Assembly: GCF_000012905.2 (NCBI RefSeq)
Contig: NC_007494.2
Coordinates: forward strand, 810,001 to 842,000
Source of the DNA: Cereibacter sphaeroides 2.4.1
Lineage (GTDB): Bacteria; Pseudomonadota; Alphaproteobacteria; Rhodobacterales; Rhodobacteraceae
Length of the DNA: 32,000 bases
Reading direction: 5' to 3'
Shown here: positions 1 through 7,188 of the stretch, one piece after another
Numbering within the stretch: the first letter of the stretch is position 1
Layout: each line of letters opens with the position of its first letter
The notes under the pieces: model-generated
Database searches by the model: none
What the model saw: the letters and a program-made list of their open reading frames with translations, nothing else
Told to the model about the DNA's origin: nothing
Program-made: the position numbers and the translations under genes

Positions 1-362
1 TGCTGGCCGCGCTCGAGATCCGCATCCCGCGCCTCACCGCCAAGGTCGAGAAGCTCTCGGGCGGCCAGCGGCAGGCCATCGCCATCGCCCGCGCGGCGAG
101 CTTCGAGCCGAAGGTCCTGCTGATGGACGAGCCCACCTCTGCCCTCGCCGTGGCCGAGGTCGAGGCGGTGCTGGGCCTCATCAACCGGGTGAAGGCGCGG
201 GGCGTGGCCGTCGTGCTCGTCACCCACCGGATGCAGGATCTGTTCCGCGTCTGCGACCGCGTGGCGGTCATGTACGAGGGCACCAAGGTGGCCGAGCGCG
301 CCATCGCCGACACCAACCTGCAGGAACTCGTCGATCTCATCGTCGGCAAGGGAGGCCACTGA
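1..362 (+). CDS. ABC transporter ATP-binding protein, C-terminal part (5' end lies outside the window)
   Basis: The frame is open from the window edge (codons start at nt 3). It reads LSGGQRQAIAIARA (ABC signature), KVLLMDEPTSAL (Walker B) and VVLVTHRM (H-loop). The stop TGA at 360-362 overlaps the next ATG (TGATG). Confidence 0.9.
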   Translation, partial: LAALEIRIPRLTAKVEKLSGGQRQAIAIARAASFEPKVLLMDEPTSALAVAEVEAVLGLINRVKARGVAVVLVTHRMQDLFRVCDRVAVMYEGTKVAERAIADTNLQELVDLIVGKGGH

Positions 363-1366
363 TGGCGACCTACACCGAGCGCCAGGCCGGCTCGCGGCTG
401 GCCGACTTCATCGGGGACCATGCGCAGGTCCTGTCGATCGCGCTGTTCTTCGCGCTCTGTCTGCTGTTCTTCGGCGCCATGACCACCACCTTCCTCACCT
501 CGGGCAACCTGCTCAACGTGGTGCGACAGGCGGCGCCCATCCTGATCGTGGCCGTGGCCATGACCCTCGTCATCACGACCGCCGGGATCGACCTGTCGGT
601 GGGCTCGATGGTGGCGCTCATCAACGCGCTCGCGGCCATCGTCATGGCAAGCGGGCTCGACTGGACCCTGACCCTGCCGCTGATGCTGGTCGCCGGCGCG
701 CTGATCGGCGGGATCCAGGGCTGGTTCATCGCCTATCAGGGCATTCCGGCCTTCATCGTGACGCTCGCAGGCCTCTCGATCCTGCGCGGCTTCGCGCTCT
801 ACCTGACCGAGGGCTATTCGATCCCGATCCGCGACGCGGCGGGCTTCTTCTGGCTCGGCCGCGGCGAGGTGCTGGGCTTCCCCGTGCCCGCCCTGATCGC
901 GATCCTGATCGCCGTGCTGGGCTTCGTCGTCATGCTGCGCACCCAGTATGGCCGGCAGGTGATCGCCGTCGGCTCGAACATGGAGGCCGCGCGCCGGGTG
1001 GGGATGCCCGCCAAGCGCGTGCTGGCCTCGGTCTATGTCGTCTCGGGCGTGGCGAGCGCGGTGGCGGGCATGCTGATCGCCGCCCGCCTCGGCTCGGGCT
1101 CGTCCAACGCGGCACAGGGCTTCGAGCTGCAGGTGATCGCGGCCGTCGTGCTGGGGGGCACCTCGCTCATGGGCGGCAAGGCCTCGATGCTGGGCACCGT
1201 CCTCGGCACCATGACCATCGCCGTCATCGGCAACGGGCTGATCCTCATGCATATCTCGCCCTTCTTCACCCAGATCGTCACAGGCACCATCATCCTCGTC
1301 GCCATCTGGATGAACACGCGGCTCTTCGATCGCCCCTGGCGCTTCGGACGGAGGAAACCGGCATGA
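362..1366 (+). CDS. Sugar ABC transporter permease (RbsC/AraH-type, CUT2 family)
   Basis: 334 aa, polytopic and hydrophobic. It has the ribose-type permease motifs TAGIDLSVGSMVAL and GGTSLMGGKASMLGT. It is start/stop coupled to both neighbouring genes. Confidence 0.9.
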   Translation: MATYTERQAGSRLADFIGDHAQVLSIALFFALCLLFFGAMTTTFLTSGNLLNVVRQAAPILIVAVAMTLVITTAGIDLSVGSMVALINALAAIVMASGLDWTLTLPLMLVAGALIGGIQGWFIAYQGIPAFIVTLAGLSILRGFALYLTEGYSIPIRDAAGFFWLGRGEVLGFPVPALIAILIAVLGFVVMLRTQYGRQVIAVGSNMEAARRVGMPAKRVLASVYVVSGVASAVAGMLIAARLGSGSSNAAQGFELQVIAAVVLGGTSLMGGKASMLGTVLGTMTIAVIGNGLILMHISPFFTQIVTGTIILVAIWMNTRLFDRPWRFGRRKPA

Positions 1367-2427
1367 GCGAGCTTTCTCCCTGCCACGTCCGCTCGGGCCG
1401 GATCATGACGGTGGACGGGCCGATCCCGTCCTCCGCCCTCGGCCACACGCTGATGCACGAGCATCTGCAGAACGACTGCCGCTGCTGGTGGAACCCGCCG
1501 CAGGAGCCCGAGCGCCAGTATCTGGCCGAGGCGCCGATCAGCATCGAGATCCTGTCCGAACTCCGGCAGGACCCGTTCGTGAACAAGCACAACATCGCGC
1601 TCGACGATCTGGATCTGGCCATCGCCGAGGTAAAGCAGTTCGCCGCGGTGGGCGGGCGAAGCATCGTCGATCCGACCTGCCGCGGCATCGGGCGCGATCC
1701 GGTGAAGCTGCGCCGGATCTCGGCCGAGACCGGCGTGCAGGTGGTGATGGGGGCGGGCTACTATCTCGCAAGCTCCATGCCCGAGACCGCGGCGCGGCTC
1801 TCGGCCGATGACATTGCCGACGAGATCGTGGCCGAGGCGCTGGAGGGCACCGACGGGACCGATGCGCGCATCGGGCTGATCGGCGAGATCGGCGTTTCCT
1901 CGGACTTCACGGCCGAGGAGGAGAAGTCGCTCCGCGGCGCGGCCCGGGCGCAGGTCCGCACCGGCCTGCCGCTCATGGTGCATCTGCCGGGCTGGTTCCG
2001 CCTCGCGCACCGCGTGCTCGACCTCGTCGAAGAGGAGGGAGCCGACCTGCGCCACACGGTCCTGTGCCACATGAACCCCTCGCACATGGACCCGGTCTAT
2101 CAGGCGACACTGGCCCAGCGCGGCGCCTTCCTCGAGTTCGACATGATCGGCATGGATTTCTTCTATGCCGATCAGGGGGTGCAGTGCCCCTCGGACGACG
2201 AGGTGGCCCGCGCGATCCTCGGGCTTGCGGATCACGGCTATCTCGACCGGATCCTGCTGTCGCACGATGTCTTCGTGAAGATGATGCTCACCCGCTACGG
2301 CGGCAACGGCTACGCCTTCGTGACGAAGCACTTCCTGCCGCGTCTGCGGCGCCACGGGCTGGACGATGCGGCCCTCGAGACGCTGATGGTGACGAACCCG
2401 CGCCGGGTCTTCGACGCCTCCATCTAA
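1363..2427 (+). CDS. Phosphotriesterase-related protein (PTE/Php family amidohydrolase, probable lactonase-type hydrolase)
   Basis: 354 aa. It carries the N-terminal metal-binding HxH motif (GHTLMHEHL), IGLIGEIG, VLCHMN and ILLSHD. The C-terminal GGNGYAFV...FLPRL...NPRRVF is collinear with E. coli Php as I recall it. The ATGA overlap with the permease stop indicates translational coupling. An alternative start is ATG 1405. Confidence 0.85.
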   Translation: MSELSPCHVRSGRIMTVDGPIPSSALGHTLMHEHLQNDCRCWWNPPQEPERQYLAEAPISIEILSELRQDPFVNKHNIALDDLDLAIAEVKQFAAVGGRSIVDPTCRGIGRDPVKLRRISAETGVQVVMGAGYYLASSMPETAARLSADDIADEIVAEALEGTDGTDARIGLIGEIGVSSDFTAEEEKSLRGAARAQVRTGLPLMVHLPGWFRLAHRVLDLVEEEGADLRHTVLCHMNPSHMDPVYQATLAQRGAFLEFDMIGMDFFYADQGVQCPSDDEVARAILGLADHGYLDRILLSHDVFVKMMLTRYGGNGYAFVTKHFLPRLRRHGLDDAALETLMVTNPRRVFDASI

Positions 2428-2449
2428 CATTTCCTGCAAGGACAAGATC

Positions 2450-3214
2450 ATGAGCACCAAGATACTGCTGGTTGGCGAAAGCTGGACGACCTCCGAAACC
2501 CATTACAAGGGCTTCGACCAGTTCGGCTCGGTGCGCTTTCACACCGGCGCCACGCCGCTGCTGGAGGCGCTGAAGGGCAGCGCCTTCGAGGTCGACTACA
2601 TGACCGCCCACGATGCGGCCGAGGGCTTCCCCTTCACGATGGAGGGCCTTCGGGCCTACGACATCATCATCCTGTCCGACATCGGCTCGAACACCTTCCT
2701 TCTGCCGCCCGCGGTCTGGCAACGGTCGCAATGCGTGCCGAACCGGCTGCGCCTGCTGAAGGACTGGGTGGCCGAGGGCGGCAACCTCATCATGATGGGC
2801 GGCTATTTCTCGTTCCAGGGCATCGACGGGCGCGCGCGCTGGCGCAGGACCCCGGTCGAGGACACCCTGCCCGTGACCTGCTTCCCCTGGGACGACCGGG
2901 TGGAGATCCCCGAGGGTGCGGTGGCCGAGATCACGGCGCCCGACCATCCGGTGATGGAGGGGCTGACCGGCATGGACTGGCCGCCGATCCTCGGCGTGAA
3001 CGAGGTCGAGCCGCGCGACGGGGCCGAGGTCATCGCCCGCCTGCCCGCCGATCAGGGCGGCCACCCGCTCCTCGTTCTGGGCCGGCATGGCAAGGGTCGC
3101 ACCGCCGCCTGGACCTCGGACATCGGCCCGCACTGGCTCTCGCCCGACTTCTGCGCGTGGGAGGGCTACGGCCGCCTCTGGAAGAACGTGCTGGGCTGGC
3201 TTGTCGCCCGCTGA
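2450..3214 (+). CDS. Class I glutamine-amidotransferase-like fold protein (DUF1355/ThuA-like), function unknown
   Basis: 254 aa with high GC3. An AAGGA lies 8 nt upstream of the ATG. The pattern KILLVGES ... YDIIILSDIG ... GGNLIMMGGYFSFQG resembles the GATase1-like family of roughly 250-aa cytoplasmic proteins. No Cys is present at the nucleophile-elbow position. Family assignment is from memory only. Confidence 0.6.
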   Translation: MSTKILLVGESWTTSETHYKGFDQFGSVRFHTGATPLLEALKGSAFEVDYMTAHDAAEGFPFTMEGLRAYDIIILSDIGSNTFLLPPAVWQRSQCVPNRLRLLKDWVAEGGNLIMMGGYFSFQGIDGRARWRRTPVEDTLPVTCFPWDDRVEIPEGAVAEITAPDHPVMEGLTGMDWPPILGVNEVEPRDGAEVIARLPADQGGHPLLVLGRHGKGRTAAWTSDIGPHWLSPDFCAWEGYGRLWKNVLGWLVAR

Positions 3215-3271
3215 CAGGACAGGTCCGGGAAGGGGCCTGGCCCGCAGGGGCCGGCCGTTCCGGGCCGCAGG

Positions 3272-3295
3272 GCCGGCTGTCGCTCCCCAGCCGGC
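3272..3295. terminator. Candidate GC-rich hairpin between convergent genes
   Basis: GCCGGCTG (3272-3279) and CAGCCGGC (3288-3295) form a perfect 8-bp stem with an 8-nt loop. It sits in the 129-bp gap between the stops at 3214 (+) and 3344 (-). There is no U-tract. Confidence 0.35.
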
Positions 3296-3343
3296 GGGTC
3301 CGGCCCGCGCGTCCTTCCGGGCGAGCGGGTCGGGCCCCTGCCC

Positions 3344-4222
3344 TCAGGTGGCGAGGATCGCGGCCATCTCGGCCCGGTTCGGAAAGGCCGCCACGGTGCC
3401 CGCGCGCCCGACCGTGTGGGCCGCCGCCCGTGCCGCATGGTTCAGCGCGCGTGCATCGAGCCGCGTGCCGCGCAGCGCGGCCGAGGCCAGCGCCACCGCC
3501 ATGAAACAGTCCCCGGCCCCGGTCGTGTCCACCACGGCGCAGGGATGGGCGGGCACCCGCGTCCGCTCGGTCGTACGGATCAGCTCGGCCCCCTGCGCGC
3601 CCAGCGTGAGGACGATCTCGCCCACCCCCTGCGCCAGCAGGCTCTCCACCCCGCCGAGCGCCTCGGCTTCGCCTTCATTGAGGAACACCGTGTCGACCAG
3701 AGGCCAGAGCGTGCCGAAATACGGCTGGAGCGGCGAGGGGTTGAAGGCCGTGCGCATCCCCGCGTCTCGCGCAGCGCGCAGCGCCGCCTGCGTGGCCGCC
3801 GCACTCAGATTGCCCTGCAGCACCAGAAGGTCCCCGGTCTGGCCGCGGGCCAGCGCCGCGGCCGCCGCCTCCGGCGTCAGCGCCGAGGCCGCCTCGCGCG
3901 TGGTGATGATCGCATTCTCGCCCCGTGCCGACATGAGCACGATCGAGATATCCGTGGCCACGCCCTCCAGCGCCACGAGCTCCGCCTCGAGCGGCTCCTG
4001 GGCCAGACGCTGCGCGATCTCCTGTCCGCGCGGCCCCTGCCCCACGGCCGAGACGAAGATGCAGGCAAGCCCCGTCCGCCCCATCGCCACCGCCTGGTTG
4101 GCCCCCTTCCCCCCGAGGTCGCGCGACAGCGCCGCCCCGAAGATCGAGGCCCCCGGACGGGGAAAGTCCTCGATCGAAAGCGTCTCGTCGAGCGCCACGT
4201 TGCCGATGACGAAGACCTTCAT
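3344..4222 (-). CDS. PfkB-family carbohydrate kinase, ribokinase-like
   Basis: 292 aa. Motifs are GGKGANQAVAMGRTG (ribokinase di-Gly motif), NEGEAEAL and DTTGAGDCF (anion hole and catalytic Asp). An AAGGA lies 7 nt upstream of the ATG. Confidence 0.85.
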   Translation of the reverse strand: MKVFVIGNVALDETLSIEDFPRPGASIFGAALSRDLGGKGANQAVAMGRTGLACIFVSAVGQGPRGQEIAQRLAQEPLEAELVALEGVATDISIVLMSARGENAIITTREAASALTPEAAAAALARGQTGDLLVLQGNLSAAATQAALRAARDAGMRTAFNPSPLQPYFGTLWPLVDTVFLNEGEAEALGGVESLLAQGVGEIVLTLGAQGAELIRTTERTRVPAHPCAVVDTTGAGDCFMAVALASAALRGTRLDARALNHAARAAAHTVGRAGTVAAFPNRAEMAAILAT

Positions 4223-4254
4223 CCCGCGTTCCTTCTCTTCCGAAAGGTCATGAT

Positions 4255-5097
4255 ATGCAGCTCATCTCCGACAGAACCTCCGGCGCGATCCACGAGATCT
4301 TCGGTCGTGACAAGGCCCTGATCGGCATGATCCATTGCCCGCCGTTCCCGGGCGCTCCGCGCTACCGGGGCGAGACGATGGACACGATCGTCGACGCCTG
4401 CCTGCGCGACGCCGAACGTCTGGTGGCGGGCGGCCTCCACGGGCTCGTGGTCGAGAACCACGGCGACATTCCCTTCTCGAAGCCGGACGACATCGGCCCC
4501 GAGACCGCGGCCTGCCTCGGCGTTGTCACCGACCGGATCCGGCGCGCCTTCGGCGTGCCGCTCGGCATCAACGTGCTGGCCAATGCGCCGCTGCCCGCGC
4601 TGGCGGCGGCGGTGGCGGGCGGCGCCCTCTTCATCCGCGTGAACCAGTGGGCCAATGCCTATGTGGCCAATGAGGGCTTCATGGAGGGCCGCGCCGCCGA
4701 GGCGATGCGCTACCGGTCGCTCCTGCGGGCCGAGCATGTGAGGATCTTTGCCGATTCCCATGTCAAGCACGGCAGCCATGCCATCGTGGCCGACCGCTCG
4801 ATCCCCGAACTCACGCGCGATCTGGCCTTCTTCGATGCCGACTGCATCATCGCGACCGGCCAGCGCACCGGCGACAGCGCCACCATCGCCGAGATCGAGG
4901 AGATCGGCGGCGCCACGCATCTGCCGCTTCTGGTGGGCTCGGGCGTGACCGAGGCCAATGTGGTCGAGATCCTCAAGCGCACCAACGGGGTGATCGTCGC
5001 CTCCTCGCTGAAGGAGGGCGGCGTCTGGTGGAACCCGGTCGATCCCGAGCGCGTCGCGCGTTTCGTGGCCGCAGCCCGGGAGGGTCTCGATGGCTGA
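4255..5097 (+). CDS. BtpA/SgcQ-family TIM-barrel protein, function unknown
   Basis: 280 aa. LIGMIHCPPFPGAPRY, GLVVENHGDIPF, GINVLAN, TGQRTG and LLVGSGV match the BtpA/SgcQ family pattern as I recall it. An AAAGG lies 7 nt upstream of the ATG. Confidence 0.75.
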   Translation: MQLISDRTSGAIHEIFGRDKALIGMIHCPPFPGAPRYRGETMDTIVDACLRDAERLVAGGLHGLVVENHGDIPFSKPDDIGPETAACLGVVTDRIRRAFGVPLGINVLANAPLPALAAAVAGGALFIRVNQWANAYVANEGFMEGRAAEAMRYRSLLRAEHVRIFADSHVKHGSHAIVADRSIPELTRDLAFFDADCIIATGQRTGDSATIAEIEEIGGATHLPLLVGSGVTEANVVEILKRTNGVIVASSLKEGGVWWNPVDPERVARFVAAAREGLDG

Positions 5098-5755
5098 GCG
5101 TCTGACCGACCGGATCCTCGCCGAGAACGCGGATCCGTTCGCCGCGATGGTGAACCACCGGTTCGTCAGGGACATCGAGGCCGACCGGCTGCCTGCCGCG
5201 GTCTTCGACCGGTATCTCCTGATCGAGGGCGCCTTCGTCGAGACGGCCATCGCCATCTTCGGATATGCGGTGGCCAAGGCCACCGACATGGGCGACCGGC
5301 GCAAGCTGATCGGCTCTCTCGATGCGCTAGCCAATGAACAGATGCCCTATTTCGAGGCGGCCTTCGCCCGGCGCGGGATCGCGCCGGATCCGGCCCTGCA
5401 GGCCGATCCGAAGGTCGCGGCCTTCCGCGAGGGGATGCTCGCCATCGCCCGCGACGGCGATTTCGGCGGCATCGTCACATCCATGTTCGCGGCCGAATGG
5501 ATGTACTGGACATGGTGCAGCGCCGTGGCCTCCGCGCCGATGAGCGATCCGATGGTGCGCGACTGGATCGAGATGCATGCGGCGCCGGGCTTTGCCGCGC
5601 AGGCGCACTGGCTGCGTGACCGGCTCGACGCGCTGGGAGAGACCATGACCCCGGCCGAGCGCGACGCGGCCGTGCGCACCTTCGGCCATGTGCAGCGGCT
5701 CGAGATCGACTTCCACGAGGCGGCCTATCCGCCCGCCGCGATCAGCGCGGCATAG
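5090..5755 (+). CDS. TenA/PqqC/heme-oxygenase-like family protein (thiaminase II-like fold)
   Basis: 221 aa. The N-terminal HRFVRDIEADRLPAAVFDRYLLIEGAFVE and the overall helical composition fit the TenA family. The start overlaps the btpA-like stop by 8 nt (ATGGCTGA). Confidence 0.7.
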   Translation: MAERLTDRILAENADPFAAMVNHRFVRDIEADRLPAAVFDRYLLIEGAFVETAIAIFGYAVAKATDMGDRRKLIGSLDALANEQMPYFEAAFARRGIAPDPALQADPKVAAFREGMLAIARDGDFGGIVTSMFAAEWMYWTWCSAVASAPMSDPMVRDWIEMHAAPGFAAQAHWLRDRLDALGETMTPAERDAAVRTFGHVQRLEIDFHEAAYPPAAISAA

Positions 5756-6819
5756 ATCTCCACCGCCTCGGCCAGCCGCGAGACAAGGACATGTTCGTCC
5801 GTGCCATGCGGCTGGTCGACCGAGCCCGGCCCGAGGATCATCACCGCCGGGTCGCCCATCGCGGGCTTCAGGATCGAGGCGTCGGTGAAATAGGTGGCGC
5901 AGTCCGGCCCCTCCGCGGGGCCGGTCACGGCCCGCACCTGCCCCGCCGCGCGCGCGAACCACGGATCCTCCGGCTCGGTCCAGACCGCGGGCAGGTCGAG
6001 CAGCGTCTCGACCCGGACAGCCGGATCGCAGAGGCCCCGCACCTCGGCCGCCAGCGCCGCATGATCCACCCCCTCGACCGAGCGCAGATCGACGGTCAGC
6101 TCGCAGAGGTCGGGCACGGAATTGACGTTGATGCCCGCGCGGATCGTGCCGAGGTTCGCCGTGGCCCGCCCCATCCGGGGATGATGCGCTTCGGGCTGCC
6201 AGCCCGTCAGCCGGGCGAGCGTCGTCGCCATGAGACCGATGGCGTTGATCCCGAGATGCGGGGCCGCCCCATGCGCGGTGCGCCCCTCGGTCGAGAGCTT
6301 CAGCCAGAGCGCGCCCTTGTGGCCCGCCAGCGGTCGGTTCCCGGTCGACTCGCCCACGATCATCGCCCGCACTCGCGGCAGGCGACCCGCTTCGGCCAGC
6401 CAGCGCGCCCCGTCGCAGCCCGTCTCCTCGCCCGCTGTCAGCAGCACCGTCACCGGTGCCCCGCTCCGCGCCGCCGCCACGAGGAAGGCTGCAACGCCGC
6501 CCTTCATGTCGCTGCTGCCCCGCCCGTAGAGCCGGTCGCCTTCGACCGCGCCGCCATGGGCCTCCCTGCTCCAGGGCGCGCGGCCGAGCGGCACCGTGTC
6601 GAGATGGCCGCTGAAGCAGAGCCCGCCGCCCGGACCGCGCTCGGCGATCAGGCTCGCGCGGTGCTTGCCGTGATCGATCAGGCGGCAGGCGAAGCCCGCG
6701 CGTTCCAGCAGCTCCTGACAGAAGCGCATGGCCGGAGCCTCGCGGCCGGGCGGGTTGATCGTGTCGAAGCCGATCAGCGCGCGTGTCAGCGCGACCACAT
6801 CGGTGAGAAGGTCGGTCAT
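5725..6819 (-). CDS. M20-family metallohydrolase (ArgE/DapE-like deacylase)
   Basis: 364 aa. Classic M20 motifs are present: SGHLDTVPLG, GRGSSDMKGG and TAGEETG. The 3' end overlaps the convergent TenA-like gene by 31 nt. Confidence 0.85.
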   Translation of the reverse strand: MTDLLTDVVALTRALIGFDTINPPGREAPAMRFCQELLERAGFACRLIDHGKHRASLIAERGPGGGLCFSGHLDTVPLGRAPWSREAHGGAVEGDRLYGRGSSDMKGGVAAFLVAAARSGAPVTVLLTAGEETGCDGARWLAEAGRLPRVRAMIVGESTGNRPLAGHKGALWLKLSTEGRTAHGAAPHLGINAIGLMATTLARLTGWQPEAHHPRMGRATANLGTIRAGINVNSVPDLCELTVDLRSVEGVDHAALAAEVRGLCDPAVRVETLLDLPAVWTEPEDPWFARAAGQVRAVTGPAEGPDCATYFTDASILKPAMGDPAVMILGPGSVDQPHGTDEHVLVSRLAEAVEIYAALIAAGG

Positions 6820-7039
6820 GGCATGTCCCCTGCGCAGGCTGGCGGACAGAGTAGGATGCGCGCGCAGCCTCAGTAAAGCGGTTTACAACGGAGGCCGGGG
6901 CAGATCCGCGACCTTTTGCACCCGAAGGGGCGGGACCCGAGCCGGCCCGCCTGCCGTTGCACCCGCGCGACGGCCGGCGGGATGCGTGCATTTCGCGGGT
7001 CCGGGGCTTGGAGAGATGGCCGGGCTGTGATAGCCAGAG

Positions 7040-7095
7040 CAGAACAATGTTCACGGTATGACGAAGTTGACCCCCCTGTTTCCAGAACAATATTC
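7040..7095. promoter_or_regulatory. Two copies of a palindromic motif, CAGAACAAT(G/A)TTC, in an AT-rich island upstream of cysA
   Basis: CAGAACAATGTTC (7040-7052) contains the perfect inverted repeat GAAC-AAT-GTTC. CAGAACAATATTC (7083-7095) matches it at 12 of 13 positions. The starts are 43 bp apart. The surrounding stretch of about 110 bp (7031-7140) is conspicuously AT-rich for this window. Confidence 0.5.
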
Positions 7096-7188
7096 TGAAT
7101 GGAAGCTAAAAAGGATAAAGTTCGTTCCGGTAAACCCATCTTTCGGAGGCCGTTTGCCTCGCACCAGCCAGAGTCGGGAAAACGCCCC

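Noticed and set aside
3242-3277. An imperfect direct repeat CCGCAGGG(G)CCGGC (3242-3255 and 3265-3277) in the convergent spacer.
   Set aside because: It is short, low-complexity GC sequence. It is likely incidental to the overlapping hairpin potential and is not a repeat element or CRISPR-like structure.
6916-6965. The direct 9-mer repeat TTGCACCCG at 6916-6924 and 6957-6965, in the GC-rich part of the M20/cysA intergenic region.
   Set aside because: A single 9-mer repeat in a 370-bp GC-biased spacer is within chance expectation (a rough estimate gives a probability of tens of percent). There is no supporting symmetry.
6840-7030. About 190 bp of GC-rich DNA without a gene between the M20 start and the AT-rich cys island. 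It was inspected for a tRNA, sRNA or pseudogene remnant.
   Set aside because: No T-loop or anticodon-arm pattern is present. No protein-like translation appears in any frame. It most likely holds the M20 promoter/leader.
7099-7188. An in-frame ATG at 7099 that would add 30 residues (MEAKKDKVRSGKPIFRRPF...) to CysA.
   Set aside because: The extension lies in the AT-rich promoter-like island and uses A/T-ending codons atypical for this genome. The CysA homology begins right after the ATG at 7189.
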